Positions 26,852 to 36,833 of a stretch of DNA of 58,128 bases are shown here, piece by piece. The position numbers and the translations under genes were made by a program. The stretch covers positions 1 through 58,128 of the forward strand of contig CANMLD010000004.1 in NCBI GenBank assembly GCA_947498315.1. Reading direction: 5' to 3'. Origin of the DNA: Pseudomonadota bacterium (GTDB taxonomy: Bacteria; Myxococcota_A; UBA9042; GCA-2863065). Under the pieces are notes generated by a model that saw only the letters and a program-made list of their open reading frames with translations, made no database searches and was not told where the DNA came from. The stretch's first letter is position 1, and the number at the start of each line of letters is the position of its first letter.

Positions 26852-29236
26852 TTACTCGCCGATGGCCGGGAGGGCAGGCGGCGTCCCGGGTGGGATTTGG
26901 GGGACGGCTGCCTCTGAGTCGGGCGCAACGGAGTCGGGCGCGGGCGCCGAGTCATATTCGAAGACGAACTTGCCGTCTTTCGAGTCGATCCGCGCCACGC
27001 CGCCGTTCTCGAGAGCGCCAAAGAGGAGCTCGCTGGCGAGGGGCTGTCGCAGCTCGGTGCGGATGATCCGAGCCAGAGGGCGTGCTCCCATGGTGGGATC
27101 GTAGCCCTTTTCGGCGAGCAAGGCCCTCGCATCGTCGCTCAGGACGAGCTCCACCTTCTTCTTGGCGAGCTGCCCCGAGAGCTCTCGTACGAACTTGTCC
27201 ACGATACGCCCCATCACGTCACGGTCGAGTGGCGCGAAGCCGACCTTGGCGTCGAGGCGGTTCCGGAACTCTGGGCTGAAGGCGCGGTTGAACGCTTCAG
27301 AGTCGTCGCCCATGCCCGCCTGTCGACCGAAGCCGATACCGCCGCGGGCGACGTCGCGAGCGCCGACGTTGCTCGTCATGATGAGGATGACGTTCCGGAA
27401 GTTGGCCGACTTGCCGTTGTTGTCGGTCAACGTGCCATGGTCCATTACTTGGAGCAGGATGTTGAAGATGTCGGAGTGGGCCTTCTCGATCTCGTCGAGG
27501 AGGAGCACGCAGTGCGGCTTCTTGTTGACGGCGTCAGTGAGCAGTCCGCCCTGATCGAAGCCGACGTAGCCGGGCGGCGCCCCGATGAGCCGGCTCACCG
27601 CGTGACGCTCCATGTATTCGCTCATGTCGAAGCGCACGAGCTCGATGCCGAGGAGCTTCGCGAGCTGACGCGCGACTTCGGTCTTCCCGACGCCCGTCGG
27701 GCCGGTGAAGATGAAGCTCCCGATGGGCTTCTCCTCGTTGCCGAGTCCGGCTCGAGCGAGCCGGACCGCTGACGCCAGCTGCTCAATGGCCTGGTCCTGT
27801 CCGTAGATCGCGCTTCGGAGTCCCGCTTCGAGCGTGCGCAGGGACTCACGGTCGTCCTTCTGCACCTCCGCTGTGGGGATCTGGGCCATCGTCGACAGGA
27901 CCTTTTCGATGTCACCCCGGCCGATGCTCTCGAGGCGCTCTGCCACTGGACGCAGACGGTTCATGGCCCCGGCTTCGTCCATCAGGTCGATGGCCTTGTC
28001 GGGCAACTTCAGGTCACGCAAGTGCTTGACCGAGAGCTCGACTGCGGCTTCGAGCGCGATCGGCTGGTACTTGACGTGGTGAAACTCTTCGTACTTCGGT
28101 CGTAGGCCCTCGAGGATGGCGACGGCGTCCGACGGCGACGGCTCGCCCACGTCGACCTTCTGAAAGCGCCGCGCGAGGGCACGGTCCTTCTCGAAGTGCT
28201 TTCGGTACTCGCTGTAGGTCGTCGAGCCGATGCAGCGCAGCTTGCCGGAGTTGAGGGCAGGCTTCAGGAGGTTCGACGTGTCCATCGCGCCTCCTTCGGT
28301 GGAGCCCGCGCCGACGATCATGTGGATCTCGTCGATGAACAAGATGGCGCCTTTCTTGCCCTCGATGGACTTCAGCACGCCTTTCAAGCGCTCTTCGAAG
28401 TCTCCGCGGTATCGCGTGCCGGCGAGGAGTGCCCCGAGGTCGAGGGACCAGATCGTCGCGTCGAAGAGCGCGTCGGGGACGTCCTTCTCGACGATCTTTC
28501 GGGCGAGCCCTTCGATGATGGCGGTCTTACCGACACCGGGATCTCCGACCAATATGGGGTTGTTCTTCCGGCGGCGCGCCAAGATGTGAGCGAGGCGGGT
28601 TACCTCCGTCGCACGACCCACTAGAGGATCGACGTCTCCTTTCTCTGCGCGGCGGTTCAGGTTTTCGGCGTAGATCTCGAGAGGATCATCCTTCTCGGAG
28701 CCAGGCTTCTCCTCGCGTTCCGAGTCCCCGGCCGGCTCGAGCTCACCTTCCGGGCGTTCGAACGCGCTGCGGTGTTGACCGGCCCCTTCTTCTCGTTTGT
28801 CGCGGCGTGCCTTCGAGGTGCCGTGAGAGAGGTAGTTGACCACGTTCAGGCGCGTGACGTCGTTCGACTCCAGGAAGTATTTCGCGAAGGAGTCGGCTTC
28901 CCCGAAGATAGCGACCAGGACGTTCGGCCCAGTGGCCTGATCCTTCTTCGCCCCGAAGACGTGCAGCATGGCTCGTCGCACGGCGCGCTGGAAGGCGTCT
29001 GAAAGCGTCAGTTCGAGATGCTCGTCTTCAGGGATCGCGTCCATCCCGTCGAGGTGTTCGGAGAGCGCGCGTTTAACGCGACTGGGCTCCCCGCCGGCCT
29101 TCTTCACGACGTCGAGGGTCTCGGGGTCGTGAAGCAGCGCGAAGAGCAGGTGTTCGAGCGTGACGATGGAATGCCGGCGAGCGATGGCTTCGTGTTGTGA
29201 CAGCTCGATAGCGACTTGCAGCTCTGGGCTGATCAT
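26852..29236 (-). CDS. clpA: ATP-dependent Clp protease ATP-binding subunit ClpA
   Basis: N-domain [35 protein letters not shown]. Two AAA+ Walker A motifs, GDPGVGKTA and GPTGVGKTE. Start overlaps the clpS stop (ATGA). Confidence 0.95.
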   Translation of the reverse strand: MISPELQVAIELSQHEAIARRHSIVTLEHLLFALLHDPETLDVVKKAGGEPSRVKRALSEHLDGMDAIPEDEHLELTLSDAFQRAVRRAMLHVFGAKKDQATGPNVLVAIFGEADSFAKYFLESNDVTRLNVVNYLSHGTSKARRDKREEGAGQHRSAFERPEGELEPAGDSEREEKPGSEKDDPLEIYAENLNRRAEKGDVDPLVGRATEVTRLAHILARRRKNNPILVGDPGVGKTAIIEGLARKIVEKDVPDALFDATIWSLDLGALLAGTRYRGDFEERLKGVLKSIEGKKGAILFIDEIHMIVGAGSTEGGAMDTSNLLKPALNSGKLRCIGSTTYSEYRKHFEKDRALARRFQKVDVGEPSPSDAVAILEGLRPKYEEFHHVKYQPIALEAAVELSVKHLRDLKLPDKAIDLMDEAGAMNRLRPVAERLESIGRGDIEKVLSTMAQIPTAEVQKDDRESLRTLEAGLRSAIYGQDQAIEQLASAVRLARAGLGNEEKPIGSFIFTGPTGVGKTEVARQLAKLLGIELVRFDMSEYMERHAVSRLIGAPPGYVGFDQGGLLTDAVNKKPHCVLLLDEIEKAHSDIFNILLQVMDHGTLTDNNGKSANFRNVILIMTSNVGARDVARGGIGFGRQAGMGDDSEAFNRAFSPEFRNRLDAKVGFAPLDRDVMGRIVDKFVRELSGQLAKKKVELVLSDDARALLAEKGYDPTMGARPLARIIRTELRQPLASELLFGALENGGVARIDSKDGKFVFEYDSAPAPDSVAPDSEAAVPQIPPGTPPALPAIGE

Positions 29237-29544
29237 TCGGGCTCCATGGTAACGAGCAACGGATGTCCATGGGACCGTGCGTACTCGGTGGTTTGCCGGA
29301 CCTTGGTCTCAGCGACTTCTCGAGAATAGACGCCCGCCACGCCCGAACCGGTGCGATGAACGAGGAGCATAACGCGTGTCGCGGAGGTGCGGTCGAGGTT
29401 GAAGAACCGGGTCAGCGCGTCCACAACGAACTCTTGTGTCGTGAAGTTGTCGTTGTGGAAAAGGACCTTGAACAAGCGCGGCTTGTCGGCCTTCGCTCGG
29501 TCTTTGGTGATGACGTTCTTTTGAGTATCGCGGTCGGTCGACAT
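29233..29544 (-). CDS. clpS: ATP-dependent Clp protease adaptor ClpS
   Basis: 103 aa. KPRLFKVLFHNDNFTTQEFVVDALTRFFNLDRTSATRVMLLVHRTGSGVAGVYSREVAETK. Confidence 0.95.
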   Translation of the reverse strand: MSTDRDTQKNVITKDRAKADKPRLFKVLFHNDNFTTQEFVVDALTRFFNLDRTSATRVMLLVHRTGSGVAGVYSREVAETKVRQTTEYARSHGHPLLVTMEPE

Positions 29545-29653
29545 GCTCAGTCAATATAGAGCCGGGCCCTTTCGACGCCAACCCGGGGCTGCCATGTATT
29601 ATGGATGACTGCCTGAACGGGCAGGGGGCCGGCTGGCCAGGTGGAATTCACTG

Positions 29654-29682
29654 TTGACAACCCGCCTACCTCACCGTAGCTT
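29654..29682 (+). promoter_or_regulatory. Sigma70-like promoter candidate for the rpsP operon
   Basis: TTGACA (29654..29659), a 17-nt spacer, then TAGCTT (29677..29682), ~70 nt upstream of ATG 29751, which has GAGGAG as its SD. Pattern match only. Confidence 0.35.
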
Positions 29683-29750
29683 CCCGCCCTCGCATTGGTG
29701 GCAACACGCCACCCCCCCGGCTACAGCATCCGGGCCCTGAGGAGACCATA

Positions 29751-30002
29751 ATGGCCATCAAGTTGCGCCTTGCTCGTTACGGCGGAAAAAAGCACGCCTT
29801 CTACCGACTCGTTGCCGCCGACGAGCGTGCACGTCGTGACGGACGCTTCCTTGAGCAACTGGGCACCTACGACCCGAACCAGAGGCCTGCTGCCGTGCGG
29901 CTCAAGGCTGATCGTGTGAAGCACTGGCTCAGCGTCGGCGCCCAGCCGTCCGAGACGGTCGGCAAGCTGCTCAAGGACCATCTCAACGCTCCGGCGACCT
30001 GA
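29751..30002 (+). CDS. rpsP: 30S ribosomal protein S16
   Basis: [42 protein letters not shown]. Confidence 0.95.
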   Translation: MAIKLRLARYGGKKHAFYRLVAADERARRDGRFLEQLGTYDPNQRPAAVRLKADRVKHWLSVGAQPSETVGKLLKDHLNAPAT

Positions 30003-30003
30003 G

Positions 30004-30279
30004 ATGTCCGACACCGCAGTGCCCGGTACCGCAGCCTCCGAAACGGGCATCCGCGACCTCGTCGACTTCATAGCTCGGGCGCTGGTCGACAGCCCCGAGC
30101 AGGTGACGGTGCGCGAGGTCAAGGGTGAGCAGACGTCGGTGCTCGAGCTTCAGGTCGCCAAAAACGACGTGGGCAAGATCATCGGCAAGCAAGGCCGCAC
30201 CGCGCGTGCCCTGCGCACGGTGCTGAAAGCGGCTTCCACCAAGCTGAAGAAGCACGCTCACCTCGAAATCCTGGAGTAG
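30004..30279 (+). CDS. KH-domain RNA-binding protein (YlqC/UPF0109 family)
   Basis: [18 protein letters not shown]...[28 protein letters not shown]. Conserved position between rpsP and rimM. Confidence 0.9.
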   Translation: MSDTAVPGTAASETGIRDLVDFIARALVDSPEQVTVREVKGEQTSVLELQVAKNDVGKIIGKQGRTARALRTVLKAASTKLKKHAHLEILE

Positions 30280-30283
30280 TGCC

Positions 30284-30919
30284 TTGGCCTCCGTGCCGCC
30301 TGTGCCGGTGGCGCCACGCTCCAGTGGTGCGGCTGATCCGGGAACCTCAGCCGGAGACGGACTCATCGAGTTCGGCAAGGTCGGACGTCCTCATGGCGTC
30401 CGCGGTGCCATCCTCGTATGGCCTCACAACGCTGAGTCGGTGCTGCTTGCGGACCTCGCGAGCGTGGAGGTCCGCACCCCGGGCCTGAAGGCTCGTCGCC
30501 TCACCTTCACTCAGCGCCGTAGACAGCCCAATGGGAGTTGGCTCGTGACCTTCGACGGCATGTCCGCTCGGGAACATGCTGAGGCTCTGAACGGGTCCAC
30601 CGTTTGGATTCGGGAGTGCGAGCTGCCGCCGCTCGATGACGGCGAGTATTATCACCACAGCGTCATTGGCGCGTCGGTCGTGACGCCTTCAGGTCGAGAG
30701 CTCGGTCGCGTCTTGGAAGTGCTCGAGACCAGCACCGACGTGTTCGTGGTGAGCCGACCGGGGCGTTCGCTTCTGTACGTGCCCGTCGTCGGGGACTATG
30801 TCCTGACCATCGACGGCGCGACCCGTCGCGTGACGGTGGTTGAAGACGCCGACGCATTGCTCGACTTCGACGGCGAGGACGACGCCACGGTTGGCGACGA
30901 GCACGAGGAGCCGGCATGA
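30284..30919 (+). CDS. rimM: 16S rRNA processing protein RimM
   Basis: LIEFGKVGRPHGVRGAILVWPHN... plus a C-terminal PRC-barrel-like part. Start uncertain: TTG 30284 or in-frame GTGs at 30296, 30305, 30311. Confidence 0.85.
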   Translation: MASVPPVPVAPRSSGAADPGTSAGDGLIEFGKVGRPHGVRGAILVWPHNAESVLLADLASVEVRTPGLKARRLTFTQRRRQPNGSWLVTFDGMSAREHAEALNGSTVWIRECELPPLDDGEYYHHSVIGASVVTPSGRELGRVLEVLETSTDVFVVSRPGRSLLYVPVVGDYVLTIDGATRRVTVVEDADALLDFDGEDDATVGDEHEEPA

Positions 30920-31647
30920 AGGCCCACGTCCTGACGCTCTTCCCCGAGCTCGTGAAACAGCCGCTGGACCACAGCATCGTCGGTCGTGCGGTCTCTCGTG
31001 GGCAGCTCTCCGTCGACGTGCACGACATTCGCGCCTTTGCGACCAACAAACACGCGAAGGTCGACGACAACCCTTACGGCGGAGGGCCAGGCATGGTCAT
31101 GACGCCTCAGCCGCTCGTCGACGCTATCGAGGCCACTCGCGCCCTTTGCGGAAAGCCTTGGGTCATCGCGTTCTCGCCGGCGGGTCGGCTCCTCGATCAG
31201 ACGCGGGTACGTCAGTTGGTAGCCGAGTCTGTGACCGAAGGCCGTGAGTGCATCTTCGTTTGCGGTCGCTACGAAGGCATCGACGAGCGGGTCCTGAGCG
31301 GTTGGTGCGACGAGATCGTCAGCATCGGCGACTACGTGCTCAGCGGTGGTGAATTGGCGGCTCTGGTCGTCATTGACGCCATGGCTCGGCTCGTACCGGG
31401 CGTGCTCGGCAACGCCGCTTCGCCCGACGACGAATCGCTCGAGCAGGGGCTCCTCGAGTACCCGCAGTACTCACGACCCGAGTCGTTTCGGGGGCGCGAC
31501 GTCCCCGAAGTTCTGCTGTCCGGGGATCACGCCCGGATCGCCTCCTGGCGGCGTGCGAGAGCCCTCGCGCGCACTCGGGAACGTCGTCCAGACCTGTTCG
31601 CTCGCCTGACTCTGTCAGCGACGGACAAAAAACTCCTTGAATCGTAG
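30916..31647 (+). CDS. trmD: tRNA (guanine37-N1)-methyltransferase TrmD
   Basis: LTLFPELV...DDNPYGGGPGMVM...CGRYEGIDERV...SIGDYVLSGGELAALVVIDA. ATGA overlap with rimM. Confidence 0.95.
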   Translation: MKAHVLTLFPELVKQPLDHSIVGRAVSRGQLSVDVHDIRAFATNKHAKVDDNPYGGGPGMVMTPQPLVDAIEATRALCGKPWVIAFSPAGRLLDQTRVRQLVAESVTEGRECIFVCGRYEGIDERVLSGWCDEIVSIGDYVLSGGELAALVVIDAMARLVPGVLGNAASPDDESLEQGLLEYPQYSRPESFRGRDVPEVLLSGDHARIASWRRARALARTRERRPDLFARLTLSATDKKLLES

Positions 31648-31653
31648 GGAAAC

Positions 31654-32244
31654 GTGGGTATCTTCATCGCCCTCGTACACCATCCCGTGCTCACACGCAC
31701 CGGGGCGGTCGGCACGACTGCCGTAACCAACGTCGACCTGCACGACCTCGCTCGTGCTGGCCGCACGTACGGCATCGAGCGGTTCTTTGTCGTGACGCCG
31801 ATTGCGCTCCAACTCGAGCTGGTCGACCGCATCATCCGTCACTGGACGGAAGGTGCGGGCGGTACCCGAGTTCCCGCGCGAAAGAAAGCGTTCAGCATCA
31901 CCGAAGCCTCCCCATCGCTCGACCACACCGTCGAGCGCATCCGGGAGCGCACAGGTGAAGAGCCCGTCATCGCCGTCACAGGCGCCGGGCTCGCGCGCGA
32001 CACGGTCCCGTTCATCGAAGCCGGTACTCGATACCGAAACAGCACGACGCCACTGCTCGTGCTCTTCGGCACCGGGCACGGCCTCGCCCCTGAGGTGATG
32101 CAACGCGCTCACCTCCGTTTACCGGCTATCTTGGGGAGCGCCCCAGATGGCTACAACCACCTGTCCGTTCGAGCAGCGGCGGTGGTCATCATGGATCGAT
32201 TGCTCGGTGACACCGCCGCCCGACCTGGGCCCGGTGCCGACTGA
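31654..32244 (+). CDS. Predicted SPOUT-type RNA methyltransferase (TM1570-like, trmD-linked family)
   Basis: 196 aa. IALVHHPVLTRTGAVGTTAVTNVDLHDLARAGRTYGIERFFVVTP...LLVLFGTGHGL. Position between trmD and rplS is as in Thermotoga TM1570. Confidence 0.6.
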   Translation: MGIFIALVHHPVLTRTGAVGTTAVTNVDLHDLARAGRTYGIERFFVVTPIALQLELVDRIIRHWTEGAGGTRVPARKKAFSITEASPSLDHTVERIRERTGEEPVIAVTGAGLARDTVPFIEAGTRYRNSTTPLLVLFGTGHGLAPEVMQRAHLRLPAILGSAPDGYNHLSVRAAAVVIMDRLLGDTAARPGPGAD

Positions 32245-32320
32245 GCTGACCTGTTCTTGCACTCGGGGCCCGAGCCGATCGAACCCCGCGCTGCGGATGA
32301 GCGCCAAAGAAGGACCTCCC

Positions 32321-32671
32321 ATGAGCTTGATGAACGAGATCGACGCTGCGCACCTCAAGTCCGACCTGCCCGACTTCCGTGCCGGTGACTCCCTTCGCAT
32401 ACACGTCCGCGTGATCGAGGGCGACAAGGAGCGCGTTCAGGTGTTCGAGGGTATCTGCATTCGTCGTCACAATGACGGCGTCCGCAGCACCTACACCGTC
32501 CGCAAGGTCAGCTACGGCATTGGGGTCGAGCGCATCTTCCCGCTCCATAGCCCACGCATTCGCCAGATCGAAGTCCGTGGCTTTGGTAAGGTCCGTCGCA
32601 GCCGCCTCTTTTACCTCCGTGCTCTGAAGGGCAAGAAGGCCAAGATCGAGACAGTCGAAAACCACGGCTGA
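32321..32671 (+). CDS. rplS: 50S ribosomal protein L19
   Basis: ATG 32321 (AAAGAAGGA upstream). PDFRAGDSLRIHVRVIEGDKERVQVFEGICIRRHNDGVRSTYTVRKVSYGIGVERIFPLHSP. Confidence 0.95.
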   Translation: MSLMNEIDAAHLKSDLPDFRAGDSLRIHVRVIEGDKERVQVFEGICIRRHNDGVRSTYTVRKVSYGIGVERIFPLHSPRIRQIEVRGFGKVRRSRLFYLRALKGKKAKIETVENHG

Positions 32672-32748
32672 GCTGGCGCCTCCGGCAGCCTCGGCTGCCC
32701 GACTCGCACCTACAGTGGGCGTCCCCCAGCGGGACGCGCGGTCGTGCC

Positions 32749-33432
32749 ATGCCCCGTGCCCGGCGCCCAGCACCGGATGTCCCGTCGCTCTTTGAAGCGG
32801 TAGCGGTCTCTTATGAGGTCGGCGAGATTGAGTCTTGGGCTCGTCTTCGCGGCATCGACGTGTTGCTTGGTGTCGACGAAGCCGGCAAAGGCCCTTTTGC
32901 TGGGCCCGTCGCGGCCGCGGCCGTCGTACTCCCCGCTACCTTCACGCTCCCTGGCCTTCGAGACTCGAAGCGTCTCTCTGAAGCGGACCGAGAGCGTCTC
33001 TACCCCTTGATCATGGACCAAGCGCTTGGCTACGGCATCGCGCTCGAAGGCGCCGACGTCATTGACGCCATAGGCCTTCAACCCGCGACCCATCGGGCGA
33101 TGCACCGCGCCATGGCTGCAGCGTTCGAGTCCGCTCCCAAAGTGGGGCTCGTCGTCGTCGACGGAAAGAACCTAATCCCGGGTGTCGTCCATCCACAGCG
33201 CGCCGTCGTCAAAGGGGATGACCGCTGCTTCGCAGTTGCCGCGGCCTCGGTCCTAGCCAAGGTCACCCGCGACCGCCACATGGTGGAACAAGACGCGCTG
33301 TGGCCGATCTACGGATTCCGGGTCCACAAAGGCTATGGCACCGAGGCCCACCGGGCGGCGCTCCGAGAGCACGGCCCGTGCCCCATCCATCGTCGTAGCT
33401 TCAAGGGGGTCGTGCCGCTTGGCGGCCCTTGA
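32749..33432 (+). CDS. rnhB: Ribonuclease HII
   Basis: LLGVDEAGKGPFAGPVAAAAVVL...DSKRLS...VVDG...ASVLAKVTRD...GYGT. Confidence 0.9.
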   Translation: MPRARRPAPDVPSLFEAVAVSYEVGEIESWARLRGIDVLLGVDEAGKGPFAGPVAAAAVVLPATFTLPGLRDSKRLSEADRERLYPLIMDQALGYGIALEGADVIDAIGLQPATHRAMHRAMAAAFESAPKVGLVVVDGKNLIPGVVHPQRAVVKGDDRCFAVAAASVLAKVTRDRHMVEQDALWPIYGFRVHKGYGTEAHRAALREHGPCPIHRRSFKGVVPLGGP

Positions 33433-33665
33433 GTGGGTCGGACAAAATGGAGATTGAGCGATCGCCGCGCACGCCGGGGGTGTGGGGGTCGTACCCCACC
33501 CGCAAGCGCACGCACTGCCGACGCAGCCGCCCTCTTGCTTCGACTGGGTGCCGATAGGCGCGTACTCGAGCGACGAAGGCGGGCTGCATCGCCCACCCTT
33601 GAGCGAGAGCAACTCGATGCTAGGAAATTGCCGGTGGACGCCAATCGGATTTTTGTTCGACCCAC
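33433..33665. mobile_element. MITE-like 233-bp element, copy 2
   Basis: Begins at the nucleotide after the rnhB TGA (33430..33432). TIRs are GTGGGTCGGACAAAA (33433..33447) and TTTTGTTCGACCCAC (33651..33665, 1 mismatch). About 12 substitutions versus copy 1. Confidence 0.7.
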
Positions 33666-33713
33666 ACAATGACGGGAGCCGAAGGACGCAGGGCCGAAAG
33701 GCCCCACCCTGCC

Positions 33714-35732
33714 TCAGAAGAAGACGCTGATAGGGATGCAGATGTCGATGAAGCAGTTAACGCAGAAGCCAGCGCACGGAACCGAACATCCCGGCTTTCC
33801 TCCCGTCGTAGGAACGCATGCACCGTTCGTCGTACAGACTCCCGCCACCGTGATCGACTGGCACAGCCCGTAGTCGATCTCGGTCTTGCAGGTCTGATTC
33901 TCCTTGATGAAGCAAGACCCGCCGCTGCACTGGCCGAGAGGGCAGTTCTGGCTGCCCGTGTTGCAGTTGCCGCCGTCCTTCGGCTGGCAGATGCCGAAGA
34001 CGCATTGACCGGCCGTACACCCGCCGCCATCGCCGTACGTGCAGGGCGTCCCGTTCGGACCGGCGGTGTACTGGCAGCCGGAGACCGGGCTGCAGTTGAC
34101 GTCGACGGTACACGGGTTGCCGTCGTTGCACTTCTTCAGGCCACCGGCCTTGCAGACCGAGCCCACGCAGACGTCGCCATCAGTGCACGCATTGCCGTCT
34201 TCACACGGCGCCGTGTTGGCTTTGTATAGGCAGCCGACCGAGGGGTCACAGAGGTCGTCGGTGCAGGCGTTCTTGTCGTCACAGTAGATCGGGTTGTTGC
34301 CATCGCAAACACCGTTCTTGCACACGTCGACCTGGGTGCAGACGTTGTTGTCGTCACACGGCGTCGCCTTCGGCTGGTTCACGCACGAGCCATCGGCCTG
34401 GCAGCTATCGTCGGTGCAGGAGTTGCCGTCGTTACAGAGGTCTTCGTCCGTCTTGCCGTTGCAGTTGTTGTCGATGCTGTCGCACTTCTCGAGCGAGTTC
34501 GGGTAGATCTCCTTGTTGAAGGGATCACAGTCGGTCAGGTCGGGGTACGAGTCGTTGTCGTCGTCCGGGTCGCAGACGTCGCCGCTCGTGTCGCCGTCGA
34601 AGTCCGCCTGTGTGCCCGTCTGCGGGTCGGGCTTGTTCGGATCGAGCGGGCAGTTGTCCTGAACGTCGAGGACGCTGTCATTGTCGTCGTCTTCGTCGAT
34701 GCAGTCGGCCTGGTTGTCGCCGTCCTGATTGTTGAAGCCGTTGTCGTTCATGCCGTCGCAATCTTGGTCGAGACCGTCGCAGATCTCCTGCGTCGCCGTC
34801 GGGGCGTTGCAGGTGCCCGTTCCGAGGCCAGGGTTACAAGTCAGCGTGCCGAAACAAACGCCGTACTGGTTCTCGACCTTGCACTGCTCCGGGATGGTGA
34901 TGTTGTCGACTTGATTGTCGCAGTTGTCGTCGATGGCGTTGCAGACCTCCACGCCCGGAAGCTGCGAGCTGCATTCGGTGAGGCCTGGCTGAAGGCACTC
35001 CCGGAAGCCGTAGCAAGTGCCGGTGTCGTTGGTCGCATAACAGGACGTGGACTTGCCGAGCGCCGTCGCGAGCTGGCTGCACGTGCACTCCGCGCCATTG
35101 GCCGGGACGCACTGCGTCTTCTCCGAGCCAGGCAGCTCCGAGCACGTGTAGCCCCATGGGCATGACGCATCGTCGCTGCAGACGGCACCGCAGAACTTGC
35201 CCTTCGGGCCGTAGTCGATGCAGGTATTACCGGCTTGACCTTCGTACTTGAGGCAGTCCTCATTCGAGTCGCACGGGTCGCAGAGCTGTGAGAAGCGAGG
35301 CACGCAGATGTAGGCGACGTCACCGCCGACGCCAGTCACGTTGGCGCAGAGCCAGCCGTCTGGACACGCGTTGGTGCAGGGTTGGGTGCAGACTTTGCCG
35401 TCGGCGGTCTCCACGCAGTAGCCGTCGTTGCAGTCGTCGCCAGTCTCACAGGCCCAGCCGAACTCACGAGGCTTGGCCACGAAGGTGTCTTCAGGCGGGC
35501 CTGCGTCTTGATCGCTCGTATCCTTGCCGTCGCCAGGGGTGGGTACGTCGCCCAGCGGCGAGCCTGGGGTGTCCGAACCCACGTCGAAGCCTTGGGAGTC
35601 CCCAGCCACCTTGGTATCGGAGTCCCCCTTGACGGGCGGACGCTCGACGAGGTCCTCGCTACAAGCTGCGACCTGAAGTGCCGCCAGAGCGACCACCCAA
35701 TAGAACTTATAGCCCACGACTCGCCTCCGCAT
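33714..35732 (-). CDS. Cys-rich secreted lipoprotein with MopE-type CDxxDxxCDG motifs, thrombospondin type-3-like Ca-binding repeats and myxobacterial Cys-rich repeats
   Basis: Lipobox LQVAAC from ATG 35732. EVCNAIDDNCDNQVDN, EICDGLDQDCDGMNDN, EKCDSIDNNCNGKTDE. DGDNQADCIDEDDDNDSVLDVQDNCP...DFDGDTSGDVCDPDDDNDSYPD. Repeats CNDGNSCTDDSC, CDDNNVCTQVDVC, CDDKNACTDDLC, CEDGNACTDGDVC, CNDGNPCTVDVNC. Confidence 0.8.
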   Translation of the reverse strand: MRRRVVGYKFYWVVALAALQVAACSEDLVERPPVKGDSDTKVAGDSQGFDVGSDTPGSPLGDVPTPGDGKDTSDQDAGPPEDTFVAKPREFGWACETGDDCNDGYCVETADGKVCTQPCTNACPDGWLCANVTGVGGDVAYICVPRFSQLCDPCDSNEDCLKYEGQAGNTCIDYGPKGKFCGAVCSDDASCPWGYTCSELPGSEKTQCVPANGAECTCSQLATALGKSTSCYATNDTGTCYGFRECLQPGLTECSSQLPGVEVCNAIDDNCDNQVDNITIPEQCKVENQYGVCFGTLTCNPGLGTGTCNAPTATQEICDGLDQDCDGMNDNGFNNQDGDNQADCIDEDDDNDSVLDVQDNCPLDPNKPDPQTGTQADFDGDTSGDVCDPDDDNDSYPDLTDCDPFNKEIYPNSLEKCDSIDNNCNGKTDEDLCNDGNSCTDDSCQADGSCVNQPKATPCDDNNVCTQVDVCKNGVCDGNNPIYCDDKNACTDDLCDPSVGCLYKANTAPCEDGNACTDGDVCVGSVCKAGGLKKCNDGNPCTVDVNCSPVSGCQYTAGPNGTPCTYGDGGGCTAGQCVFGICQPKDGGNCNTGSQNCPLGQCSGGSCFIKENQTCKTEIDYGLCQSITVAGVCTTNGACVPTTGGKPGCSVPCAGFCVNCFIDICIPISVFF

Positions 35733-35795
35733 CGGGCACGCCGAACCCAGCGCCCCCGCGAGTCTAGCAAGATCGGGGCCCCATTTCACTCAACT

Positions 35796-36833
35796 TTACG
35801 AGATACGTCCCGGCGATTTCTTGACTGCCGCCAGAGCCGCAACGCGGGCGAGGTACGCTCGGTACCAGCGGACGGTCTCTTCGAGCCCCTGACGCAGCGA
35901 AACCTTGGCCGACCAGCCCCACTCCGAGCTGGCTTTTGAGATATCGAGCCACTGATTCGGGATCTCGTACTTGGCTTGATTGAGAACGACGGGCTCGGGA
36001 CCACCGGCGAGCTCGCGTACCAAGCTGGCCACCTCGAGCACTGTACGCGGCTCGCCCGTGCCGAAGTTGAAGGCTTGGCCGCGCACATCCGGGCGGTCGA
36101 GAGACTTGGCGAGGAGCAGGTAGCCGTCCACGGCGTCGCCCACGTACATGTAGTCCCGCTTCATCAAGCCGTCGCTTCGGATGGTGAAGGGGCGCCCTTC
36201 CACGGCGCAGCGCACCGCGTCGGGGACGAGGCGAGACCAGTTGAGGTCACCCGGCCCATACGTGTTGGCGTTGCGCGTGATGGCGAGCGGGAGGCCGTAG
36301 GTGAGTGAATAGGACTGCGCGATGATGTCGGCGCACGCTTTGGACGCGTCGTAAGGGTAACGACCGTTGAGCGCGTAGCTCTCGTCGTACGGCAGCTTCT
36401 CGTGGACGCCGTAGGCTTTGTCTGAAGACGCGACCACGATACCCTTCAGCGTCTTGCAACGGCGTGCGCCTTCGAGCGTGCACCACGTCCCGGCGATGTT
36501 GGCTTCGAAGGTCGAGATGGGGTTCGAGTTCGCCGTGCCGACGATGGCCTGCGCAGCGAGGTGGAAGGCGTACGTGATCTCGTGTTCCGCGAAGACCCGT
36601 TCCATCAGGGCGAGATCGCAGATGTCGCCCGAGACGATGCTGACGCGGTCTTCAATCCCGAGGGCCCGCAACGTGCTGTGAGCCTTACGGTCACGCTCGA
36701 TGACGAAGACGTCCGCGCCAGCGTCGAGGAGCCCCGCGGCGAGGTTGCCGCCGATGAACCCGGTCGCGCCGGTGACGAGGACGCGTTCATGGCGATAGTC
36801 TCGGTGCGCCAGTGATTCAGAGGCGTGGCTCAT
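35796..36833 (-). CDS. NAD-dependent sugar-nucleotide epimerase/dehydratase (extended SDR; CDP-hexose 4,6-dehydratase-like by context)
   Basis: VLVTGATGFIGGNL Rossmann motif, SSDKAYG, YDASK (YxxxK). ATGA overlap with rfbF. Confidence 0.8.
   Translation of the reverse strand: MSHASESLAHRDYRHERVLVTGATGFIGGNLAAGLLDAGADVFVIERDRKAHSTLRALGIEDRVSIVSGDICDLALMERVFAEHEITYAFHLAAQAIVGTANSNPISTFEANIAGTWCTLEGARRCKTLKGIVVASSDKAYGVHEKLPYDESYALNGRYPYDASKACADIIAQSYSLTYGLPLAITRNANTYGPGDLNWSRLVPDAVRCAVEGRPFTIRSDGLMKRDYMYVGDAVDGYLLLAKSLDRPDVRGQAFNFGTGEPRTVLEVASLVRELAGGPEPVVLNQAKYEIPNQWLDISKASSEWGWSAKVSLRQGLEETVRWYRAYLARVAALAAVKKSPGRIS

Noticed and set aside
33691-33704. GGGCC-GAAA-GGCCC hairpin as a called terminator feature.
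   Set aside because: The stem is only 5 bp and there is no U-tract on either strand. It is mentioned in a finding but is too weak to list as a terminator.
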